Shown: positions 57,229 through 64,000 of the stretch, one piece after another | Numbering within the stretch: the stretch's first letter is position 1 | How the letters are laid out: each line of letters starts with the position of its first letter | From: an uncultured Clostridia bacterium | GTDB lineage: Bacteria > Bacillota > Clostridia > UMGS1883 | Assembly: GCA_947629005.1 (NCBI GenBank) | Contig: CANRCD010000002.1 | Span: 136,875-200,874 of the forward strand | Direction of reading: 5' to 3' | Length of the DNA stretch: 64,000 nt | Program-made: the position numbers and the translations under genes | Notes under the pieces: generated by a model | Told to the model about the DNA's origin: nothing | The model's input: only the letters and a program-made list of their open reading frames with translations | Databases searched by the model: none

Positions 57229-58062
57229 TCAGAGCGTGAAGTTCAGGACAATGGCCGCAATTCCGGCCAGCGCACAGTAGACGGAGAACACGCCCAGCTT
57301 CTGCCGACGCACAATAGCCAGCATAAAGCGAATGGCGAGATAGCCGCTTATTCCCGCGACAAGCATACCCGCGATTACGCAGGGGGCCGAGGGCAGGACG
57401 CTCGCTCCCGAGAACAGGTCCTTAACATCGAGCGCCATCGCGCCTAAAATCGCCGGTATGGACAGCAGGAACGAAAAACGCACCGCCGTGTTCTTTTCAA
57501 GGCCCGAAAACAGGCCTCCCACTATAGTACTGCCGCTGCGGCTTATGCCGGGGAACACACCCAATCCCTGAAAGCAGCCCACGATAAGAGCGTCCTTGAC
57601 GGACATGGCGTCGGCGGTTTTTTTGCCGCCGGCAATATGGTCGCTGAGCAAAAGCAGCAGCGCCGTCACCATCAGGAACAGGCCAATGAGCCAAAGGGAC
57701 GGGTTTTCAATTATATCACCGAAAAGCAGCGCCGCTACGACGGCGGGCAGCGTGCCTACGATAAGCATTACGATTAGCCTGCGGTACACGTCCTTCTTAA
57801 GGCCCGCGCCCTTACCGGTGAAAATGTCGCCAAGCATTGAGAAGAAAGCTTTTATCAGTTGGAACACATCCTCACGGTAGACGATGAACACCGCGGCCAG
57901 CGTGGCTACGTGAAGGAGTATATTAAACGAAAGCAGGCTGTCGGCCTCCGGATCCATGCCCATGATTGCGCCGGCAATGGCAAGGTGGCCGGAGCTTGAG
58001 ACCGGCAAAAATTCCGTCAGACCTTGAATAAGGCCGAGAATTATCGCTTTTATGACTGTCAT
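57229..58062 (-). CDS. uppP: Undecaprenyl-diphosphate phosphatase UppP (BacA)
   Basis: GLTEFLPVSSSGHL motif. Confidence 0.9.
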   Translation of the reverse strand: MTVIKAIILGLIQGLTEFLPVSSSGHLAIAGAIMGMDPEADSLLSFNILLHVATLAAVFIVYREDVFQLIKAFFSMLGDIFTGKGAGLKKDVYRRLIVMLIVGTLPAVVAALLFGDIIENPSLWLIGLFLMVTALLLLLSDHIAGGKKTADAMSVKDALIVGCFQGLGVFPGISRSGSTIVGGLFSGLEKNTAVRFSFLLSIPAILGAMALDVKDLFSGASVLPSAPCVIAGMLVAGISGYLAIRFMLAIVRRQKLGVFSVYCALAGIAAIVLNFTL

Positions 58063-58862
58063 TAATCCACCTCATTTTGAATTGATACGGAGCCGAATTT
58101 CCGAAAACGTTGGTAGCGCTTTTCGATAAGCTCCTCCGGCGAAAGGCCGGCGCGGTCGTCCAACGCTTTTTTAAGCCAAGTGCGCAGGTTCATGTACGCG
58201 GCGGTGAAATCCCTGCCGCTTTCGGGGATTATCCGTTCTATAACGCCGAGGGAATAGAGATCCTCGGCGGTGAGGCGCAGACATTCGCTGGCCTCCTTCA
58301 CTTTTTTCGCGTCACGCCACAGTATAGAGGCGCAGCCCTCGGGCGAGATGACGCTGTAGATAGAATTTTCCATCATCCACACCTCGTCGCTGACGGCCAG
58401 CGCAAGCGCGCCGCCGCTGCCGCCCTCTCCTACGAGCACCGAAATTATTGGCGTGCGAAGCGTCATCATTTCCATCAGGTTTTCGGCTATAGCTTCGGCC
58501 TGCCCGCGCTCCTCGGCTCCGAGGCCGGGGTACGCGCCGGAGGTATCGACAAAGCAAATAACAGGGCGGCGGAACTTTTCGGCCTGCTTCATCAGGCGCA
58601 GAGCCTTGCGGTAGCCCTCGGGGTTGGGCGAGCCGAAGTTGCGGGCGATTTTTTCCTTGGTGGTCTGGCCCTTTTCCTGCGCTATTATTGTAACAGGCAT
58701 ATCCGAAAGCCGGCCTATGCCGGCCACAATGGCTCCGTCGTCGCCGAAGCGGCGGTCGCCGTGGAGCTCCTGAAAGTTGGTGAATATGTTGTTTATATAG
58801 TCAACCGAGGTGGGGCGGCCCTTCGCGCGGGCAGCCTGCACCCTTTCGTATGCGGCGCTCAT
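58062..58862 (-). CDS. accA: Acetyl-CoA carboxylase carboxyltransferase alpha subunit
   Basis: Carboxyltransferase alpha-subunit fold, 266 aa. Translationally coupled to accD. Confidence 0.9.
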   Translation of the reverse strand: MSAAYERVQAARAKGRPTSVDYINNIFTNFQELHGDRRFGDDGAIVAGIGRLSDMPVTIIAQEKGQTTKEKIARNFGSPNPEGYRKALRLMKQAEKFRRPVICFVDTSGAYPGLGAEERGQAEAIAENLMEMMTLRTPIISVLVGEGGSGGALALAVSDEVWMMENSIYSVISPEGCASILWRDAKKVKEASECLRLTAEDLYSLGVIERIIPESGRDFTAAYMNLRTWLKKALDDRAGLSPEELIEKRYQRFRKFGSVSIQNEVD

Positions 58863-59716
58863 TCGCTTTCCTCCTTTTCGTGCAGGGCGAGAAGGTTCGC
58901 AAGCATTTCCTTCTGAATATTTCTGGGGGCGATGGCGTCCACAAAGCCATGCTCGAGCAAAACTTCGGCCGTTTGGAAGTCCTTGGGCAGTTTTTTGCGT
59001 ATTGTCTGCTCGATGACTCTCGGGCCCGCAAAGCAGATGAGAGCGCCCGGCTCGGCGAGGATGATGTCGCCTTCCATGGCAAAGCTCGCGCTCACGCCGC
59101 CGGTGGTAGGGTCAGTCAGTACGGCAATATACAGAAGCCCCGCGTCGCTGTGCAGCTTTACCGCGCCGCTGGTTTTGGCCATCTGCATGAGGCTCACAAT
59201 ACCCTCCTGCATTCTTGCACCGCCGCTGACGGTAAAGCCCAGAACGGGCAGCCCCTCACGGGTGGCGCGTTCAAAGGCAAGGGCCACCTTTTCGCCCACG
59301 ACGGAGCCCATCGACCCCATCATGAACTGCGATTCCATCACGAACATGACGCAGCGTCTGCCGCCAACTGAGGCCTCGCCTACGACAACACCCTCGCGCT
59401 CGCCGCTTTTGGCGCGGCTGGAGCGCAGCTTTTCGTCATAGCCGGGGAAGGATAGAATGTTGACGCTTTCCATGTCGGCAAAAAGCTCGGTGAAGCTGTC
59501 CTTATCGGCGATGAGCTCTATTCGTTGGCGGGCGTTCATGCGGAAGTGATGACCGCATTTGGTGCATACCTCGTGATTGTCCTTAAGCTCGGTGGCCGTC
59601 AGCTCAAAACCGCACTGCGGGCAGGTCTGCGTGGCCTCCACAAAGTCCTCGTAAACCGTGCGGCCGATGTGCTCAAGCTCGTTGTTGGCTTTTTTGAACA
59701 GGGTCTTTGGAATCAC
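58859..59716 (-). CDS. accD: Acetyl-CoA carboxylase carboxyltransferase beta subunit
   Basis: N-terminal Cys4 zinc ribbon (CPQCG…CTKCGHH). Confidence 0.9.
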   Translation of the reverse strand: MIPKTLFKKANNELEHIGRTVYEDFVEATQTCPQCGFELTATELKDNHEVCTKCGHHFRMNARQRIELIADKDSFTELFADMESVNILSFPGYDEKLRSSRAKSGEREGVVVGEASVGGRRCVMFVMESQFMMGSMGSVVGEKVALAFERATREGLPVLGFTVSGGARMQEGIVSLMQMAKTSGAVKLHSDAGLLYIAVLTDPTTGGVSASFAMEGDIILAEPGALICFAGPRVIEQTIRKKLPKDFQTAEVLLEHGFVDAIAPRNIQKEMLANLLALHEKEESE

Positions 59717-59730
59717 TGCTTATCACACCT

Positions 59731-61050
59731 TTATTTATAGTCGTGGGTTTTCATAAAATCGGTATGGAAATCGCCGCTGCGGAAGTCCTTATCGCCAATT
59801 ATGGCGAGTTGGAGTTCCACGTTGTTGTCCACGCCCACCATGATTAGCTCGCCCAACGCCGACTGCATACGGCGTATGGCTTCGTCACGGGTCTTGGCCT
59901 GCACGATGAGCTTGCCTATCATCGAATCGTAATATGGGGGAATGGTGCAGCCGAGGTACAGCGCCGTGTCGAAGCGGACACGGAAGCCCCCCGGCACGTG
60001 CAGCAGCTTCAGCTCCGCGCCCGCGCCGGCGGCGTTTATGCGGCACTCGATGCTATGGCCGTGAAGAAATACGTCTTTCTGCGAAAAATTCAGCGGAACG
60101 CCTGCCGCTATGCGTATCTGCCACTTTACAAGGTCTATATTTGTGACCATTTCCGTCACGGGATGCTCCACCTGGAGGCGGGTATTCATTTCCATAAAAT
60201 AGAAGCTGCCGCCGCTGTCGAGCAGAAACTCCACCGTTCCGGCATTGGTGTAACCGGCGGCGCGGGCGGCCTTTGCTGCTGCATCGTAGAGTCTTTCGCG
60301 AAGCTCCGGTGTGACGGCAGGTGAGGGAGACTCCTCGAGCAGTTTTTGATTGTTGCGCTGTATGGAACATTCGCGCTCCCCAAGGCAGACGATGTTCCCC
60401 TTTTCGTCGCAAAGAAGCTGAACCTCAATGTGACGTACCGGAGAAAGAAATTTTTCGATATAACAGTCGCCGTTGCCAAAGGAACTGAGAGCCTCGGCTG
60501 AGGCGGTCTTAAAGGCTTTTTCAAAATCCTCGCGCCGCTCCACTATGCGTATGCCTTTGCCGCCGCCGCCGGCGGTGGCCTTTATCATCACTGGGTAGCC
60601 GATTTTATCGGCCTCGGCGAGGGCGGCCGCACTGTCGGATATAAGGCCGGTGCCGGGAGTTGTGGGCACGCCGGCCTCGCTCATGGTGCGGCGGGCGGCG
60701 GCCTTGTCGCCCATTTTGCGGATAACGTCGCCCTGCGGGCCAATGAAAACAAGGCCGTTTTCGCGGCACATATCGGCAAAATCAGCGTTTTCGGAAAGGA
60801 AGCCGTAGCCTGGGTGTATGGCCTGAGCGCCCTTTGCCTTGGCCGCTGTTATCAGCGCTTCCATATTAAGGTAGCTGTCCTTGGGCAGAGGCGGGCCTAT
60901 GCACACGGCGTCGTCCGCGAGGGAAACATGCAGGGCGTCGGCGTCGGCAGAGGAATACACCGCAAGGCTCTCAATGCCCATTTCGCGGCAGGCGCGTATT
61001 ATGCGCACCGCTATTTCGCCGCGGTTGGCAATAAGTATTTTTGAAAACAT
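59731..61050 (-). CDS. accC: Biotin carboxylase
   Basis: ATP-grasp fold, 439 aa, MFSKILIANRGEIAVRIIRAC…. Confidence 0.92.
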   Translation of the reverse strand: MFSKILIANRGEIAVRIIRACREMGIESLAVYSSADADALHVSLADDAVCIGPPLPKDSYLNMEALITAAKAKGAQAIHPGYGFLSENADFADMCRENGLVFIGPQGDVIRKMGDKAAARRTMSEAGVPTTPGTGLISDSAAALAEADKIGYPVMIKATAGGGGKGIRIVERREDFEKAFKTASAEALSSFGNGDCYIEKFLSPVRHIEVQLLCDEKGNIVCLGERECSIQRNNQKLLEESPSPAVTPELRERLYDAAAKAARAAGYTNAGTVEFLLDSGGSFYFMEMNTRLQVEHPVTEMVTNIDLVKWQIRIAAGVPLNFSQKDVFLHGHSIECRINAAGAGAELKLLHVPGGFRVRFDTALYLGCTIPPYYDSMIGKLIVQAKTRDEAIRRMQSALGELIMVGVDNNVELQLAIIGDKDFRSGDFHTDFMKTHDYK

Positions 61051-61065
61051 TGCTTTTCACTCCCG

Positions 61066-61473
61066 TCACATAACGGCAAAACTGAACTCCGCGCTGGTGC
61101 AGAGCTTGCCGTCCACGAAGCCCTTGCCCTCGGCAAAATAGAAGGGCTTTTTTACCTTCGTGATGCGGCACTCGGTTTCAAAAGTGTCGCCGGGGAGGAC
61201 GGTCTTGCGGAACTTGACGTTGTTCAGCCCCGTGAAATAGGGAGTTCTGCCGCTGGTCTCTTCCGCCAGCAGCACGCAACTTGCCTGGGCCATCATCTCG
61301 CAGAGGATGACGCCCGGCACCACCGGATTTCCGGGGAAATGCCCTTTAAGGAAAAATTCCTCGCCGGTAATGTGATATTTTCCGTAGGCCGTGCCGTCCC
61401 TGACCTCGGCCTCGTCCACCAGCAGCATATTGTCGCGGTGGGGAATTATGTTTTTTATTTCTTCTTTATTCAT
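61066..61473 (-). CDS. fabZ: 3-hydroxyacyl-ACP dehydratase FabZ
   Basis: Hot-dog fold, HFPGNPVVPGVIL motif. Confidence 0.9.
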   Translation of the reverse strand: MNKEEIKNIIPHRDNMLLVDEAEVRDGTAYGKYHITGEEFFLKGHFPGNPVVPGVILCEMMAQASCVLLAEETSGRTPYFTGLNNVKFRKTVLPGDTFETECRITKVKKPFYFAEGKGFVDGKLCTSAEFSFAVM

Positions 61474-61484
61474 GGTTTCGCCCC

Positions 61485-61919
61485 TTACTTGAGTATGAAC
61501 AGCGTTTGCCCGAATTCAACGAGCTCGCCGTCCTCGGCGCAGATTTCGGCGACGACGCCGTCCTGCTCGGCGATTATTTCGTTCATCAGCTTCATGGCCT
61601 CAACAATGCACAGCACGTCGCCCTTTTTCACGCTGTCGCCGACCTTGACAAAAGGTTCGTCCTCGGGGGAGGGAGCGGCGTAAAACACGCCCACCATCGG
61701 GCTTTTCACGGAATTGACATTGGCCGCGGGAGAGCTTTCCACCGCCGGTATATCTGGAGCGGCAGCGGGAGCGGACGCGGTGACGAACGCCCCTCTTTCA
61801 AGCTCCAGCTCGCAGTCATCCCATTTTAATTTGATTTTTGTAAGCCCGGCCTCGCTCATCATTTCCGCAATGGCCTTAATTTCGTCGCGGTTATTGAACA
61901 TATCGTCTATTCCAAACAT
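61485..61919 (-). CDS. accB: Biotin carboxyl carrier protein AccB
   Basis: C-terminal biotinyl domain with the EAMKLMNEI motif. Confidence 0.9.
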   Translation of the reverse strand: MFGIDDMFNNRDEIKAIAEMMSEAGLTKIKLKWDDCELELERGAFVTASAPAAAPDIPAVESSPAANVNSVKSPMVGVFYAAPSPEDEPFVKVGDSVKKGDVLCIVEAMKLMNEIIAEQDGVVAEICAEDGELVEFGQTLFILK

Positions 61920-61934
61920 TTTGAAAACCCTCCT

Positions 61935-63170
61935 TTAGTAGGCCTTTTTTATCGCAATGCAGGCGTTATGCCCGCCAAAGCCCAGCGAGGTGGACAGGCA
62001 GAGGTCAAGATTTTTTCGCACCGCTTCGTTGGGCGTAATGTTGAGGTCGCATTCCGGATCGGGTTCGCGGTAGCCGATTGTCGGGGGGACCACACCGTCG
62101 CGCAGCGCGAGGGCGGAGATTATGGCCTCTACCGCGCCGGCCGCGCCGAGCATGTGGCCCGTCATGGACTTCGTGGAGGACACGTTTATTTTGTGTGCCC
62201 TTTCCTCGCCGAGAGCCTTTTTAATCGCCACGGTCTCGCTCCTGTCGTTCAAGGGCGTGCTGGTTCCGTGAGCGTTTATATATATGTCGTCGCTATTGAC
62301 GCCGGATTCCTCAAGTGCCGCCCTTATCGCCGCCGCGCCGCCCACGGCCTCGGGGTCGGGAGCGGTTATGTGGTGAGCGTCACAGGTGGAGCCGTAGCCG
62401 CAGAGCTCGCCGTATATCTTCGCGCCTCGGGCCTTCGCGCGCTCCATTTCTTCAAGTATCATAACGCCCGCGCCCTCGCCCATAACGAAGCCGGAGCGCT
62501 CCCTGTCGAATGGTATCGAGGCCCTTGACGGGTCCTCGCTTTCGGTCAGGGCCTTCATGTTGGCAAAGCCCGCGAGGCTCACGGGAAGGATAGCCGCCTC
62601 GCTGCCGCCGGCAATCACCGCGTCGGCGTAGCCGTGCTTTATGGCGCGGTAGGCCTCGCCAATGGCGTTGGTGCTTGTGGCGCAGGCCGTAACCACGGGA
62701 ATGGCAGGGCCCTTGCAGCCGAAGCGTATGGCGATTGTTCCCGCCGCCATGTTGATTATCATAGCGGGTATCATGAAGGGAGAAACCTTTTTGGGGCCTC
62801 CGTCACGGCACTTTATGACTTCGTCAATAAACGTCTGCATACCGCCTATACCGCTGCCGAAGTACACACCAAAGCGTTCGGGAGCAATATTTTCCCCAGA
62901 TATAAGGCCGCTGTCGCCCATGGCCTCAACCGCGGCGGCCATGGCATATTGGCCAAACAGGTCGCTTTTGCGAATTTCGCCCCTGTCCATTACCACGGAC
63001 GGGTCGAAGTCCTTCACCTCTGCGGCCAGCTTCACCTTAAAATCACTTGTGTCAAACTTGGTTATATAGTCTATGCCGCATTTGCCGGCCTTTATGCTCT
63101 CCCACATCTCACCGACGCTGTTCCCCACGGGGGTTACCGCGCCAAGACCGGTTATCGCCACACGAAACAT
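61935..63170 (-). CDS. fabF: Beta-ketoacyl-ACP synthase II
   Basis: Thiolase fold, active-site Cys in …TACATS…, and the His/His residues. Confidence 0.92.
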   Translation of the reverse strand: MFRVAITGLGAVTPVGNSVGEMWESIKAGKCGIDYITKFDTSDFKVKLAAEVKDFDPSVVMDRGEIRKSDLFGQYAMAAAVEAMGDSGLISGENIAPERFGVYFGSGIGGMQTFIDEVIKCRDGGPKKVSPFMIPAMIINMAAGTIAIRFGCKGPAIPVVTACATSTNAIGEAYRAIKHGYADAVIAGGSEAAILPVSLAGFANMKALTESEDPSRASIPFDRERSGFVMGEGAGVMILEEMERAKARGAKIYGELCGYGSTCDAHHITAPDPEAVGGAAAIRAALEESGVNSDDIYINAHGTSTPLNDRSETVAIKKALGEERAHKINVSSTKSMTGHMLGAAGAVEAIISALALRDGVVPPTIGYREPDPECDLNITPNEAVRKNLDLCLSTSLGFGGHNACIAIKKAY

Positions 63171-63174
63171 CGCT

Positions 63175-63588
63175 TTAACCTCTTTTCATAATAATTCCTT
63201 TTGATTTAAGGTAATCTTCAATTATAGCCTTAAATTTTTCGGCCCTTGCTATCTGCTCGCTGGCCTCGTCCTTTGATGCAATGAAAAAATCAAGGTAATC
63301 GGCGCTTTCTCTTTGCTCCGATGCCAGCTTTATAAGCCGCGAGGCCTCCTTCGGGAAAATTCCCTCCTTGACATAGCGTTTGTTGAAATGCGCTATTACG
63401 CCGCTGTGCTTGCCGCTGTCAAAGCCGTCAAGCGCGTTTACGGCGCGTATGCCGTGAAAGATGGAGTAGTACGCCCGATTGAGAGTGTTCTTGTACCTTC
63501 CGGCCTCGAACATAATTTTCGCGTCCTCCAATGCCTCAAGGCAGCAGTCAAAGCGGTGCCTCGCCAAATCCTCTACGCTGCGCTCCAC
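63175..63588 (-). CDS. HEPN-domain protein (toxin-like partner of the adjacent nucleotidyltransferase)
   Basis: 137-aa all-helical protein with RAYYSIFH (Rx6H-like HEPN motif). Overlaps the upstream MNT gene by 16 nt. Confidence 0.65.
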   Translation of the reverse strand: MERSVEDLARHRFDCCLEALEDAKIMFEAGRYKNTLNRAYYSIFHGIRAVNALDGFDSGKHSGVIAHFNKRYVKEGIFPKEASRLIKLASEQRESADYLDFFIASKDEASEQIARAEKFKAIIEDYLKSKGIIMKRG

Positions 63589-63902
63589 AACAAAACTCCG
63601 TCCTTTTTCACATTTTTATAGAAGGGGAGTATATTTTCCCACTCCTTGAAATTTTCCAAATCAATGAGCAGGACCGACAAAACCTTGTCGTGCTCAAGCT
63701 CGAGGTCAACTGTCAGGTCTATCATTTTATCGTGCATATCCTTCGTATATCCGTTCACAATAACGGCTATGTCCACGTCGGATTCCTCAGTTTCTGTGCC
63801 CCTCGCGGCGGAGCCGTACAAAATTATTTGCGCGAGAGAGCCGCCGAATATGCTTCGCAGCCCGGGTACCAGCTTTTCAAATATTTTTCCGAGACCTGTC
63901 AT
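63573..63902 (-). CDS. Minimal nucleotidyltransferase (MNT, Pol-beta superfamily; antitoxin-like partner of HEPN)
   Basis: GSAARGT…ESDVDIAV is the GSx9-13DxD nucleotidyltransferase signature. ATG at 63902 with GGGAGGGGG 7 nt upstream. The track's 63923 start is an alternative codon. Confidence 0.65.
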   Translation of the reverse strand: MTGLGKIFEKLVPGLRSIFGGSLAQIILYGSAARGTETEESDVDIAVIVNGYTKDMHDKMIDLTVDLELEHDKVLSVLLIDLENFKEWENILPFYKNVKKDGVLLWSAA

Positions 63903-63932
63903 AGCTCGGCCCCCTCCCTGCAAAAATTCCGC

Positions 63933-64000
63933 CTACATCTGCATACCGCCGTCGCAGCGGATAACCTCGCCCGTCACGTACGAGGCCATATCGCTGGCGA
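63933..64000 (-). CDS. fabG: 3-oxoacyl-ACP reductase FabG, C-terminal fragment (continues beyond the window)
   Basis: Minus-strand translation reads …ASDMASYVTGEVIRCDGGMQM*, a typical FabG/SDR C-terminus. Confidence 0.7.
   Translation of the reverse strand, partial: ASDMASYVTGEVIRCDGGMQM

Overview
This is a 64 kb high-GC (about 60%) chromosomal segment. It most likely comes from a spore-forming Clostridia of the Oscillospiraceae/Ruminococcaceae type. This is inferred from the sporulation genes (yabP, yabQ, divIC, spoVE-like), a dockerin, Firmicutes-style gene order and GGAGG ribosome-binding sites.

Conserved housekeeping blocks are present:
- tRNA-Thr and tRNA-Tyr
- rdgB
- ychF and feoA
- recJ-relA-der-plsY-gpsA
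- SEDS-XRE/S24 repressor-yabP-yabQ-divIC-yabR
- FHA-RodA-PBP2
- greA
- ftsK-uppP-accADC-fabZ-accB-fabF-fabG on the minus strand

Between these blocks sit unusually many large secreted or surface proteins:
- a 1,945-aa LamG/DNRLRE/GH105-like carbohydrate-active enzyme
- an 822-aa and a 648-aa copper-amine-oxidase-N-domain 'stalk' protein
- a 1,210-aa protein built from CHB_HEX_C repeats
- a 1,064-aa BspA-type leucine-rich-repeat protein
- a dockerin-bearing GH73 peptidoglycan hydrolase
- a GH51 arabinofuranosidase

The most interesting unexplained items are:
- a HEPN/MNT toxin-antitoxin-like pair wedged inside the fab operon between fabG and fabF
- an unannotated 53-aa gene for a Gly/Tyr-rich, transmembrane, Cys/Asn-rich peptide, with its own ribosome-binding site and terminator
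- a roughly 100-bp structured intergenic repeat family with three copies in the window
- a perfect 35-bp palindrome overlapping the promoter of the giant carbohydrate-active enzyme gene

No transposases, CRISPR arrays or rRNA genes were seen. Coordinates of features not taken from the ORF track may be off by 1-2 bp.
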